Shown piece by piece: positions 38,560 through 52,587 of a stretch of DNA of 64,000 nt. Within the stretch, counting starts at the first letter, position 1, and each line of letters begins with the position of its first letter. A program made the translations under genes and the position numbers. The stretch comes from Octopus sinensis (lineage: Eukaryota): positions 52,576,001-52,640,000 of the forward strand of contig NC_043000.1 in assembly GCF_006345805.1 (NCBI RefSeq), read 5' to 3'. Under the pieces are notes generated by a model. The model was not told the origin of the DNA, did no database searches, and saw only the letters and a program-made list of their open reading frames with translations.

Positions 38560-40758
38560 TTAGACTGGTAACATTTACAATCTTAATATCGGCCACTATC
38601 ACAAATTACTTAGAGTCGCAATAACAAGAAACTATAAGATAACGTATAAGAATGATCACCAAAAACCAATGAGAAAATGAGTAATGATAAAATGGGAGTT
38701 AAAATAGGAACTTGTAAACCTAAAATCCTAGAATTAGCTTAAAAACCACAAACCCAATTTTAACAGTTAGATTAATCCGACATCGAAAAAAAATTAGCAA
38801 AGCAATAATTGATAGATATACACCGACAGCCAGAAACCTATTAAAATTAAAACTATGGATTGACAAGAAGCAATATATTTGTTTCATAAATTAGAAAACA
38901 AAAACAGAAAATAAGCTTATACAAATTGATATGGATAGCTACTATTCATCCATTAACTCTATACTACTAACTAACGCCCTCTTATTTACAAAAAAAATTG
39001 TATTCTAACTATGAGTGAAATCAACATATTGTTGGCGGCTAGGAAAATCATTGTTAAAATTAATAATAAATATTGTGTAAGGAATGACTCAAGCGATAGA
39101 TTTCACATTACAGCTGGATCTGCCGCCTCAGCACATGTCACAGATTTAGAGTATATATGTCTTATTCAAATCAAGTAAAGAATTTCCGGAGCTCTGAGGT
39201 GGTCTTTAATGGGCTGATGAGCTTTTTTCCCCTGATGACCTATCTAATAAGAGATTAGAAATATATAAGAAACAATTTTATAAAGTTTTCAAGAACGTAT
39301 GGCTATCCTCCAGTATCGAACACGAATATAATTCAATCAACTTCTTGGACGGTAACCTTAATGTAGAAACGGAAATATTAACCTAAGATACATTAACACA
39401 AATAAAAATAACCAAAGAAGAATTAGGCATAGATTAGTTAAACATATATCGAAAATAATTTCTAATCTCTTGACAAATAAGGAAATTTTAAACAGAATGT
39501 GTACTATTACAACTTAACACAGAGTAAGGCAGGATATAAGCAAAAATTTAAGTACTATGGATAAAAGGAAACTTCTAATGGTAAGAAATATACGTATAAA
39601 GGATGATGCAAACAAAAATTAAAATATTATGGACCAAACGTAAATTCTAATAATAAGAACAATATATAAAATTCTAATAATAAGAACAATATATAAAACG
39701 TAATTCACAATAGTGAGACTAAAATATAGGAAAATATACATAAGGATAAAATGATTACAGATGGAATTCGATATAAAATAGATAAGAATAATGTAAGAAT
39801 AAACACCTGGAAACAAATAAGAAGTATAAATAAACCAAACATATATAAAAATAGAATAGGAAATAGCAAAAATGTACATATTGAGAACCTAAACGGTAAC
39901 ATTCATAAAAATTCTGTAAAACATTACATCTCATGGATAAATGTAATAACCTTCCAGTAAAATTACTCTAAAAAGAATTACTATGAAAATAATATAGTGT
40001 GGTTTATAGTACCATTTGCAAAACAAATTAGAACCAATATAGTGGCATTATTTTAGAAAACTGTCTCTCAACATTTCTCGCAGGAAAATAAATATCTCAA
40101 AATAATAAACTCACGCAATATAAGAGGGTGGTAGTTTCTACGTTTTAAAAATCATTGCATACATTATATCTGCACAAAATACTAAAAAAAAAATGAAGTA
40201 AGGAAAATAGAGATAATTTACTTAATAACTAAAATGACGAGAATCATAACGATAGTAAGAAATGGATGGAAGGACTCCGTCGGTTACGACGACGAGGGTT
40301 CCGGTTGATCCGAATCAACGGAACAGCCTGCTCGTGAAATTAACGTGTAAGTGGCTGAACATTCCACAGACACGTGCACCCTTAACGTAGTTCTCGGGGA
40401 TATTCAGCGTGACACAGAGAGTGACAAGGCCGGCCCCTTGAAATACAGGTACAACAGAAACAGGAAGTAAGAGTGAGAGAAAGTTGTGGTGAAAGAGCAC
40501 AGCAGGGATCACCACCATCCCTGCCGGAGCCTCGTGGAGCTTTAGGTGTTTTCGCTCAATAAACACTCACAACGCCCGCTCCTACGACCGCGAGTCCGCT
40601 GCCCTAACCACTGGGCCATTGCGCCTCCACAAATAGTAAGAAATACAGAACAAATGAAAGAAGGGAAGCAACCCTTAATGACTCGCGGCTAAGATCGATA
40701 TATAAAAACTTGCAGCCTACAAAACGGAGAGGGAATAAAAGTAATAATAAAATCAATG

Positions 40759-40827
<69 letters not shown>

Positions 40828-41440
40828 ATGCAAAAGGATTAAATATACTTATATTAGCAACAACGAACATGTATTAAGTGACAATATAAATATGAAGGCA
40901 GATAAGAAAAGGAAAGAAGATGAGTCATTAGTTAGGTCTCATTACACAAGAAATAAACATAACGAAAATAACCCAGAAAAAAGTCATTATTATCAGGGAA
41001 CCAGCAAATGATCCTCATAGGAAAACCTGTGATCGTGCCAATTAAAATAAAAATCGATGTCCATTAAGAAATGTTTATAGAAAAAAAGTGTAATATATAG
41101 GTATAAGGTAATGTCTGAGGAGACATGATTACTACTATATAAACTCTACGGAAAATTAAACAAAAAGCAGGGAAACCAACTATGAAAGACATTTTAGAGA
41201 AGAGAAAAGAAGTGAAGACTAGTTTAAGTAGGTTACTTTGGACAATGAAGGACAAAAATAAGAACTATACGCTGAATTGAGAGCTAATTATCCGGGCAAA
41301 ATCTAACAACATTCGACGCACAAGGTGGAACTTATGCGTCGAAGATCATTACATCCAAGTACAAATTAATCAACAATAAGAGAGAAAGATGATTTTTTTG
41401 TCAACACAAGATTAAACATTCGTTTAATAAATTCAAATAA
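38560..41440 (+). mobile_element. Decayed Penelope-like element (RT, Asn-rich linker, GIY-YIG), interrupted by a SINE and (TAA)n
   Basis: In order: LKNHKPNF..LINP, IQIDMDSYYSSI, INFLDGNL, NIVWFIVPFAKQIRTN, CPL..SVIY, TSLSRLLWTMKDK, NLCVE. These match Penelope RT and endonuclease motifs. Confidence 0.85.
40262..40630 (-). mobile_element. Young tRNA-derived SINE with Nin-like central domain; B box missing
   Basis: Head GTGGAGGCGCAATGGCCCAGTGGTTAGGGCAGCGGACTCG, central CCTTGTCAC..GTTAAGGG..TGTCTGTGGA..CAGCCACTT.CACGTTAATTTCACGAGC, and a (TCCA)n-like tail. CpG-rich. Confidence 0.85.
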
Positions 41441-41653
41441 ATGAAATAAAAAAGACATTAGGCGAATGAATATACGTGTAATAAATCCAAATAGATATAG
41501 TTAATTAGGTATTAAGTGAATAAATCAATAACTAGAATTAAGGATTCTATAATATGAATCAAATAGAAGAATACACATTGAAACGCTCACTATCAGCTGA
41601 TATATCTAGAGAAATAAGTTAACAATTATATTAAATAAATGAGGGATAAAGAG

Positions 41654-41789
41654 CTTCTTCTTCTTCTTCTTCTTCTTCTTCTTCTTCTTCTTCTTCTTCG
41701 TCTTCTTCTTCTCACAATAATAATAGTAATACTAATGATGATGATGATGATGATGATGATAATAATAATAATAACAATAATAATAATAG

Positions 41790-41853
<64 letters not shown>

Positions 41854-41860
41854 TAATAAT
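41654..41860 (+). repeat. Compound (CTT)n/(TGA)n/(TAA)n microsatellite at the 5' flank of Dong copy B
   Basis: Directly visible. Confidence 0.95.
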
Positions 41861-44800
41861 TTTAATTGTAAAGTATACATGCAACTGTTTGTGCATACAT
41901 GTACACATTTTAATTATAAAGCATAAATAATGCTTACACGCGCTCACACGTACACACAGAAAGAAAAACCACGTTACGCGGACGAAAACAAAACAAAAAC
42001 AAAGCGATTTTTCACGAACAAACGCAAAAAGAGCAAATTGGTCACTGAATTTAGAAAGTCACTGAACAGTTATGCCCGGAAACATGACTACCAAAATAAA
42101 TAGAGGCGAATTTCGATCTGTAAGTCTTATGCGAGTTCGATATGAACAATATATTAATTCGGAGAATTCAGAAGCGGTGTCTTGTCAAAAAATTGACCCT
42201 GTACAAACACTCCCTTCTTCTAACAACACCGTCACAGAGGCGGCGTCTTGTCAAAAAGTTGACTCTGAAAAAATGGACCCCTCTGATGTCGCCGTCAATC
42301 ATTTAATGAAAACAAGCCAAAAATCATGCCGGATCGGTCATCGCCCGGGACAACAAGGACCGCGTTACCCAGTAGGGAACCAGACTGGGGTCGAAAAGTT
42401 TGCTGCTGGAACAAACTCTCAAAAAGACGATCTACCAGGTGACCAGAACCAGAATACTTCTAACTCTGGACTTGTAGTGACAACCACAAAAATCACCTAA
42501 AGCAAAACGTATAAAATGGACCAGAGAGGACTATAGAGATGTGTTGAAAGCTTTTTATACAGCCCAACTAAACCCAAATAATAACCTCAGTGTACAAACA
42601 TACATCTCATGGAGAAATTCAGTAGGCAATGACGTACGTAGATATATAGACGCAAATAAATTAAGTAATGTACGCAGAGATATAATTAAAAACAAAAGAC
42701 TAACTGACGCTGAAATTGACAAAATTAGGACACTGAATAGCTCATGGTAGACCAAAAGAAAACAGCAACAATGTAGACGAATAGGTAACAGTAGCACAGA
42801 AGCCAGTGTACAAGCGGCAAATCAACTTCCCAATGGGGAAGTTAAACAAAGAATAGCGAAGACGAGAGATTTGAAAAAAGAGGAGAACGTAGACCTTCCT
42901 CAAGAACCAAAATAGATATGACATAGAATTTGAGGTGAATAATAGAGAAAAGATTATGGAAGCAAAAGTGGACATATGAGAGAACTCGGCAAGATTGAGC
43001 TCACTGACATGGTTAATAGAGAACCACTACCAAAGTTTTTTCAAATGGCACAAGAAAAACAACACAATCATGACATATAACGTTGCCCTAGGACAGATCT
43101 TAAGAAATAAGGGGAATGATTTGACAACCTTAAATAATCTCATTTATTCCACTGCTAAAGTAGTAACTACCCAACTAGGTATTAAGATGAAAAGAAAAAG
43201 GCCAGGCATGTCAATGAACCTCCTAAGTGGAAAGTAGCGATACAAAAAGAGATGAATCTCTGCGGGCGGATGTTTCAGTTCTCGATGAGCTTGCTAGAGA
43301 GTGAATATTAAGCCGAGAAAAGCTAGAAAAATCAAGCAAAAATATAAAATCAAAGATCTCATAAACCTCCCTGCAACTAAGGAACTGTTGAAACAACGGA
43401 TACAGTTGAAAGCTCAACGGATTAGAAGGTATGACAAAAGAAACAAATTTTATCGACAAAATAAATTTTTTAAGACAGATGCAAAGAAATTTTTATAGGG
43501 AAATTGGCAAAAATAAAATACACATAGAAGATCCACCTAAGATTGAGGAAGTGGAGGAGTTCTGGAAGAAGGTATGGAGCAACGAAAAAGAGTTTAATGC
43601 TGAGGCTGACTGGATAGAACGTGAGAAAGAGAGACTGGATGAACTTGAAGAACAGAAATGGGAAGCAATAGAATAGAGGAGCTAAGGTGTGTCCTTAGGA
43701 AGGCTCATAAATGGAAAACCCCAGGACTGGATCGGATCCCTAACTTCTGGCTGAATTGTTTGACAGAGGTACACGAACATCTCGCTGCATCTCTGTCTGA
43801 TGTCATTCAGAACCCAGAGCAAATACCTGCTTGGCTGACTGAAGGAACCACCTACCTATTACCTAAAACCGAAGACACAAAAACCCAAAGAATTACCGGC
43901 CAATAACATGTCTCAACACCACCTACAAATCCTCACATCCATAATAACGGAGAGAATGTACGCTTTCCTTGAACAAAATTCTATCCTTCCACAAGCTCAA
44001 AAAGGTTGTAAAAGAAACTCTTATGGGTGCAAAGACCAATTGCTCATAAACAGAATGATTGTAGAGAATTGCCGGAGCAAAAACAAAAACCTGAGTATGG
44101 CATGGATAGACTACAGGAAAGCGTATGACAGTGTCCCACATAAATGGATACTCAAGGCCCTTGAGATATACAAGATCTCTCCTGTCGTCTCAAAATTCTT
44201 AGAGAATAGCATGACCATGTGGAACACACGTCTCTTTCTAAGCCATAGTAATGGGATGAGCCAGTCCAACAGCATCAACATCAAACGAGGCATCTTTCAA
44301 GGTGACTCCCTCTCTCCATTACTTTTTTGCATGGCACTGATCCCACTCTCAAACGAATTGGATAGTACCAGATATGGGTACAAAGTTTTTAGTAAATAAT
44401 AAACCATCTTTTCTATATGGACGACCTAAAGCTGTTTGCCAGGAATGACCAAGAGCTAGAAGTGCTGCTAACAACTGTTAAAGAGTTTAGCAATGATATC
44501 GGAATGGATTTTGGCCTTGATAAGTGTGCTAAAGCAACTTTTGTAAGAGGCAAGCTCAGGCAAACAGCTTCTGTTAAATTAGATATTGACACTACCATCA
44601 AGGAACTTGACCCACAGGAAGTTACAAATACCTAGGAATCAACGAAGGAGATGGTATACATCATGCTACTATGAAGGAAAAAATAAGAAAGGAATACTAT
44701 AGGAGAATAAGGCTTGTACTGAAGACTGAACTCAACTCCAAAAATTGCATTGAGGCCATTAACACCCTGGCACTTCCAGTAGTTTTAATATCATTAACTG

Positions 44801-46107
44801 GAACCTTACGGAACTCCAACGCTTAGACAGGAAGACAAGAAAGTTACTGACATCCAAGAGCATGCACCACCCTAAGGCAGATGTAGACCGCTTGTACCTA
44901 CCTAGAAGCAGCGGGGGGAGAGGAATGATGCAATTAGAGCTGTGCTATAAGACCTCTACTGTAGGAATGAACAGGTACCTATCTAGTACAAAGGACTGGA
45001 TGCTGCGACTTGTGTGCGAACACGAAAGCAACAAAAAGCTGCATTCTATTGTCAAGGAAGCTTATAAGTTCGAAAGGGAACTAGACATTAACCTTGAATC
45101 AGATGAAGAGCCGGAAACCACTGCTACCAAGCAAGCAAAGCGAATCAAGCAGACTGCAAAAAAGAACGGGCAGAATGAAATTGAGAGGCGGTGGAGCCAG
45201 AAGCCCCTGCATGGACAATATATTCTCCGAAGCCAAAATGCTGATGTAGACCAAGCAACAACCCATCAGTGGCTGAAGAGCTTGGATTGAAAGCAGAGAC
45301 TGAAGGTTTCATAATGGCAGCACAAGATCAAAGCTTGTTTACCAGAAATTACCAGGCTAACGTTCTCCGAAACGGTACTGACCCTAAATGCAGATTCTGC
45401 GACACATTTGACGAAACGATAGACCATCTCGTTTCGGATGTCCTGTGCTCACCAAACGAATACAAAAATCGCCACGATAGGGTAGGACAGTATATACATT
45501 GGAAGATATGTAAACACTACAAATCCGACACTCCTGCTAACTGGTATGAACACCATCCTCAGCCAGTTGTTGCAGGTAAAGATGTCACCATCCTCTGGGA
45601 TTTTCCAGTCAACACTGACAGAACGATCAAGGCTAATCGACCAGACATAATTGTTAAAGACAGGGAAGAAAACACCTGCAGACTAATAGAAGTAAGCGTC
45701 CCCACTGATAAAAATGTATCTGTCAGGAATTTGACAAACTTAGTAAATATAAGGACCTGGAAATCGAAATACAGAGGATGTGGAATCTTAAAACAAAAAC
45801 TGTTCCTGTTATTGTAGGTGCCCTAGGTATGATAAAAAGGGATGTCAGAAACACCTAGACAATATCCCTGGAAAACCATGTCTCAAGGAAATCCAAAAGA
45901 TTGTGCTAACAAGTACTGCCCCATCCTTAGAAAAACCCTATCAATGTAAATGTTTGTGTTTGTATTACATGGAGATATTTCTCTACTTCCCTCCCCAAGC
46001 TTTCAGCTATATTTCAACAACTCTTAACCTTCACTTGCCCTAGGGCGCTGGGTGTGCCCCGGCAGGTGATTGCATCAAACATGCAGATTAAAAGTAAATG
46101 ACAATGA
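41861..46107 (+). mobile_element. Full-length R4/Dong-clade retrotransposon, copy B (family 1)
   Basis: Near-identical to copy A, with (TAA)n on both sides. Confidence 0.95.
42072..45949 (+). pseudogene. Multiply frameshifted Dong-like polyprotein
   Basis: Same motifs as copy A, split over about ten ORF pieces, mostly by 1-nt indels in homopolymers. Confidence 0.9.
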
Positions 46108-46121
46108 TAATAATAATAATA

Positions 46122-46152
<31 letters not shown>

Positions 46153-46175
46153 AAATATTAATAATAATAATAATA

Positions 46176-48180
46176 GAAAGTGGCATATTCCCTAATAATC
46201 AAAATGGATGTAAGCGAAGGGCCTATTGTTATAAAGACAGCTACTCATCAAGAAGATGATCTTCGAAGATTGTCTCAAACGACACGAAAGCTTGATAGCC
46301 TGAATAGACTATAAAAAGTTTTCGAAAGTCTACTCCATCGCTGCATTAAGAAATGTCTGGAAATGTATCAAAATAGCATCTAGTCTACGAAACAGCCTGT
46401 ATGAGACCCTGGAGAACCACACTAAATTTGAACAGAGACAATGAATTTCTTAACGCTGGAGAAGTAAGCATTTTATGCTGCATTTTCCAGGGTTGCTCTG
46501 TATCACCACTTCCTTTCTGTCTAGCCCTACTGCCTCTCTCAAATTAACTCGATGATGTACAATACAGCTATGAAATGTTTGATAAAAATATAAAATCATC
46601 TCATTTATATGATTTAAAGATCTTTGCAAAAAATTATTTAAAGATCTCTGCAAAAAAATGATTTAAAGATCTTTGCAAAAAATTACGATCAACTATACGG
46701 CCAACTAGCGATTGTTAAATAATTCTGTGATTATATCAAGATGCAATTGGGCGCCGATAAATGTGCAAAAGCTACCTCTATTAAATGAAAAACTACAGAA
46801 ACATCCAATGTTAATCTTGGACAGCAGAATGTCATAAAGGTGTTAGAACAAACGGAGAGCTACAACTAACTAGGAGTATTTGAAGGGAACGGAATCAAAC
46901 ATTCAGTGATGAGGGAAAGTATCAGAAGAGAATGTTATTGCAGGGTAAAGGGAATACTCAATGCAGAGCTGAATGCAAGAAACAGGATCGAAGCGATTAA
47001 TACTTTAGGCATACCAGTAGTGACTTATAGTTTCAATATCGAGAACTGGTTAATTACTTAAATATGTAATCATGACAGAAAAATACTTGGATTGTTGACA
47101 AGCGTAAAAGCACCACCTAAGACAGATATAGAACGTCTTTACCTGCCAAGGAAAGAGGGTAGCCGTGGACTTTTACAACTGCAATTAACAATGAAGATTG
47201 CCACAATTGGCCTACCTGAAAAAAGTTGGTGATTGGATGTTAAAACTTGTCTTATAACACGAAAACAAGAAAGCTTCATACTAAGTAACAAGACAGGCAA
47301 GGAATATCTAAGAGAATTACAAATACAACAAATTCTAGAATTAGACATACTAGAAACTAGCACAGGAAATGCTAGGCGTATGAAAACCCGTGCTAAAACT
47401 GGTGTCTAAAATATTCTAACGGATAAATGGCAAGAACAACCTCGCAATGGCGAATGCGAATACCCAAAGAGAGCTAATAGTGCCGATGTTGACAAACGCC
47501 ACACCCATCAATGGTTAGTATATTCTGGCTTAAAATCAGAAACCGAAGGGTTTATCATAGCAGGCCAAGATTAATTCCTTCATACAAGGAACTACCAGGC
47601 TAACATATTAAATAAAGGTACTAGTCCAACATGTCGTGTATGTAGACAAGAAAATGAAACCATTGTTCATGTTGTTTCCATGTGCAGTTTTCTTGCGCCT
47701 ACAGAGTATGTCAACAGCCATCATAGAGCAGCACGATATATTCACTGGCTAATTTGCAAAACACTAGACCTGCCCCATAATAAAAATTGGTGCGAACACA
47801 AACCACCTCCGGTGTTTGAAAATGATCAAATCTTACTCCTCTGAAACTTCCCTATTCAAACTAACAGAAAGATAGATGCAAATAGGCCAGGCATGTTATT
47901 GATAGACTTCCGATAAATATCATGCCTCCCCATTCATATGATTGTCCCTATCGACATAAATGTACCTGTCAAGACTTACCAAACACTGAGTAAGTATAAA
48001 GATATTGAAATAGAAATTTGCAAAATGAGGTACCTGAATATTAAAAGAATACCTGTTGTCATAGGTGCCCTCGGAATGATAGCAAAAGTTTTTGATTGCT
48101 ACCTAGCTCAAATACCAGGAAACCCCTAAATGGCAGAAATTCAAAAGATAGTGCTCAAGGGAACTGCCCATATCCAATGT
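46176..48180 (+). mobile_element. 5'-truncated, older R4/Dong-clade LINE (RT to RLE), directly behind the (TAA)n tail of copy B
   Basis: NQNGCKR..QLLIKKM, IDYKK, CIFQG..SPL, DLKIFAK, INTLGIPVVTYSF, RLYLPRKEG, CRVC..HVVSMC, LSKYKDIEIEI, VIGALGMI, GTAHI. Confidence 0.88.
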
Positions 48181-48686
48181 AAATTTCGGTACCGGACAAA
48201 AATTCTGGATTATTTTTCCGGTATTTTACTTAATTTTTGAGAGCGTTCGGGTTCATTTTTAGTATTCTCATTTCTGAGAGCATTCGAGTTTATTACAGAT
48301 ATGCAAGCATACTATAATACCTTTAAAAAAAGAATAACCCACCAATTAACTTTTTAGTTTAGTTGTTTGCTTATCTACTTCAAGCTTTACATTTCAAAAT
48401 GGTACAATTCAAATATGTGAAGCATTCTTTCCTCATCTCGAAACCCTGTTCTATCTTCTTCTCTTTAATTTTATGTAATTGTCTTCACGCTGCTGAAGCT
48501 CCGTGTATCAGACTGGAGGTGCTATAGAATAGGACGAATATTATTCTCAGAATTTTCTTGGGCAGCGTTGACTGTCATTGGAAGCAGAAACGGCTGTTAG
48601 AAATATTAAAGTTTTGTATTAAAAAAATAATAACCCATGGTAGTTAATTTGTTTGCTGATCAAGTATCTTCTCCTTTTTCTGCCTA

Positions 48687-48806
<120 letters not shown>

Positions 48807-49439
48807 ATATATATATAGGTGTGTGCACGGGTGTGTATCACATATACCTTTTATATTACAATATAAAGCATATAAACCATGTGGGCGCACATACCTATAC
48901 TTTGCAGTAATGTTCAGTGAAATTTCTCAAAGCAGCGTATGGATACCTTTATGGAAACAAAGCAGTTTCCACAAACAATCAACAGAATATATTGCTAGGC
49001 TGTAAACGGATGTTGAGTGCATACGTATCGGCAGTTATTAATGTGAATATATAGAGTCAGTTGCACAATGTACAATAAAACTTCCTGCAATCTTTCACGG
49101 GAGAAACTATGCAAATGTAATGTCACATTAACCATTTCATTTAAATTGATTTGCTCTACGGGACAGGTACCTCACAAATTGGTTTGCTTCGCACATGAAA
49201 TATAACACATTCTCAGCGTAAGATTGATATATCTATTTGACGTGGAATTAGTTCTGTTCGAAAGAATGATTGAGTGTTAGGTGCAAGGTCTAACTACACA
49301 ATTCTTAATATGTTTTAGACATGTGAATATATATGTCATGCATGCATGTGTAAATATCCATAATATGCACATATCTATATACGCACATATCTATATCTAT
49401 ATCTATCTATCTATCAATCTATTTATGTATCTATCTGTA

Positions 49440-49513
<74 letters not shown>

Positions 49514-49633
49514 CCTATCTACCAATCCATTTATCTATCCATCTGTCTGTCTGTCTATCTATCTATATCTATATATATATGTATCTATCTATATCTATCT
49601 ATATATATATATAAATATATATATATGTGTGTG

Positions 49634-49675
<42 letters not shown>

Positions 49676-50639
49676 CAAACACAAACATATATACACCACA
49701 TAAACATATATTACATACGCACAAACATACAGAATAACACACTCGCCTAGAAGCACGTACATGGAGAAGCGTATACGTACAAGTATATATTGGGTTATGT
49801 ATACATATATTAAATTAATACCTGAAAATGTGAAATTGAAAAGTATAAGAATGATTCTGCTTCTGCCATATAGAATGCTATGTCTCTAAAACCTAATATA
49901 TTTGTATGTGTATATATATTGTATTTAGTGATTAGCATACTTGAGGCATTCTTGTCGTATAAATAACTTTAATATAGCCTCAAGTAAAAGGAATAGTATG
50001 AGGATGGGGTTTATTCATAGCTTCATAGCTTCATGGGTAATGTAGCTTATATGTTACTTTAATATTTCTCATTTACAATTAGATAATCTTAACTTTATCA
50101 TCCCAGGCATTAACTATAGTGGAAGTTTGATAGTATGCTTCTATCTAATTACACCTGAATTTCCAATCAAGTTAACTCAAGATACGCGGACATAATTTAT
50201 GCGAACCAATTTTTCATTTATTCCACATTGCTGGTTTTAAAACATTCTTACATATATGCAAGAAATATGTGATCCTTTCGACTCAAGCACGTCTTATAAT
50301 AATAGTTGTGCTCCCATACTGTGATATTCTGTTTCCATCCTAACGCGGTAATTCATACTACTTAAAATAATAATTCCATCAACAATGATATATAATCAGT
50401 TATCCAGAAACACATAGGCTATTGCTTGATATGTAATAATTACAAGATGAAGAAAAAAAAGTTGGAATGATCATTTAGTATGCTATCAATAGGTTTTCTT
50501 GATTTTTCAAAAACCAATGCACTCCAAGGTGAATTTTGTTACTAATTATAGCTAACAGCTGTTTCAATTATTTTCAGAACTAATTGATAGTTTCTAATAT
50601 TTAACATTACACATTATAGGTGCGAGTTCGCAAATAGTA

Positions 50640-50820
50640 ATCATGCTAGGTAAAATACCTAGCAACATTTCGTCCGTCTATGTGTTCAGAATTCAAACGC
50701 CGTTGAGATCTACCTCGCCGTTTACATTGCCGGGGTTAGTGAAATAAGCACCGGTTGAGCACCGAGGGTCGACGTAATCGAGTTATTCCCTGCTCCGATC
50801 TTGCAGGCATTGAGCCAAAA
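50640..50820 (+). mobile_element. SINE family 2 copy
   Basis: Aligns with 19852-19985. Confidence 0.62.
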
Positions 50821-50922
50821 TTTGAAATCGATATCTAGCATTACACAAAAATATTTCTGAAAATGCATTGTCTATTGATTTATGCCAATTAGCCAAATAT
50901 GAATTAATTAAATTCTCCGACA

Positions 50923-50967
<45 letters not shown>

Positions 50968-51799
50968 ATGCTGATACGTTTCAGCAAGTGTGTACATCTG
51001 TCGTATAATATAAACGCTAAAGATATAAGTGGGCATCAAATCATATGTATTATTATATATTATCAAATAACGAAGTTGCCAAATACCTTGTAATTCAAAA
51101 GGATGACGTATCAAATTCAATCGTAACATAGTTTCCTTTGTTGAGTATGCGATTATGTTCAGAATAAGAATAGTTATAGAAATTTATCTTCTGTTTCATG
51201 ATAACTGCTATATTGCATGACGGATATAATGAGGGCTTTACATGATTGGTTGTAAAAGTGTTACTATATTAGATTTATCATCGTCATATAAAGTTATAAT
51301 CTAAAAGTATTTTGATGATAAAATTGACCACTGAAATATAATGAAACACGATCAAATTCAGCAGCCGATAATGATTTCAATTTCCGCTTATATTTTGAAG
51401 ATATTGAATATGCTACAATGTATTCCTTTCTAGTTGTGTGTGTATTTTTGTTGGCAGACTTGCATTAAATTTAGTGGAAATAGCTTTAAAGCTTGCACGG
51501 AATATTTCAATGTTCCTGTCGCATTATTTTGTTTTGCTGAAATTTAGGTCTGAACAATTATTCTAAAGAGGTCTCCATTGCTTACGCATGTACACTATCT
51601 TACTCACGCACATAAATATATATGAGATGCAACGACGTTACCTCTTTGATACAACTCCATTTGCTAGAAAGACAATTCTCTTCACAAAATTTTTATCTCC
51701 GAATTACTGGACGTTTCACAATATTTAAGAGAAATATACATACAATTATTTATATATATATAAGCACACGCACATACATAAGTATATATATATATATAT

Positions 51800-51834
<35 letters not shown>

Positions 51835-51882
51835 TGTGTGTGTGTGTGTGGTGTGTGTGTTTAAGCAAACACACATACGTAA

Positions 51883-52102
51883 TCTATTATATAAAATCCG
51901 ATCTGTCTATATATCTGCCTGTGTGTCTTCTAGGATCTCGGGCATCCTTCATCCAATTGCACTCAAATTTGATATGTAGATACCGACCGTATCAGGGCGA
52001 GTATACGTCTTGAAAAAATTACAAAAATCGATTCCATGTGAGAAGGTGATCGATAAAGCTGTGGGAGGGTGCATTTGTACGCGCAAGTACGCGCTCCACT
52101 AG
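51883..52102 (+). mobile_element. Short non-autonomous Helitron
   Basis: A|TCTATTATATAAAA start, GCGC-AAGTAC-GCGC hairpin (52081-52094) and CTAG (52099-52102). The base after CTAG is C rather than T. Confidence 0.68.
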
Positions 52103-52261
52103 CATTATGTATTATTGTATATGTAATTGTATTTATAATGTATATATATATATATTATTGCTTCGTTAGCGTAAGATGAAGAAAAGTGTTTGCATCCAGT
52201 GTAGATCAAAAATAAACAAAAATACCTCTATTTATGTGTACTGTTAAATATATATATATAT

Positions 52262-52587
52262 ATAATGTAGGATACAATTTTTCGAAAAAAATCTTATCAA
52301 TGGCCAGCATATTAAAAAATACCTTTAAAGGTTAAATTCTTCCATGGGTATAAGTAAGTATTTCACTTATTTCTTTACCGCATTTATCACTGATGAAGGG
52401 AAGGTTCTTATGAACTAACTTTGAAATCGGGTCCGATATGGTAATAACGGGATTTTTTAGAAATTTCTGTCGGCTTTCTTCGAAATGCGTGCTTGTAGTG
52501 ATAAATTACATAGTTATTGACGTTGTGTCTATTTTCGGCATATCTTGGCATTAGAAATTTTTTCTTTTGCCTTTATTTTTAAATAGC

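Noticed and set aside
39214-39240. CTGATGA motifs
   Set aside because: They lie in the Penelope RT coding region near the catalytic motif, with no GAAA or stems.
39640-39705. 27-bp direct repeats resembling a CRISPR-like array
   Set aside because: The repeats are adjacent with no spacers. This is a simple tandem duplication in the Asn-rich Penelope linker of a eukaryotic sequence.
41861-42071. HDV-like ribozyme at the Dong 5' end, as known for some R2/R4 elements
   Set aside because: The 5' UTR is A/C-rich with only small hairpins (e.g. AAGCAT/ATGCTT). I could not build the nested double pseudoknot.
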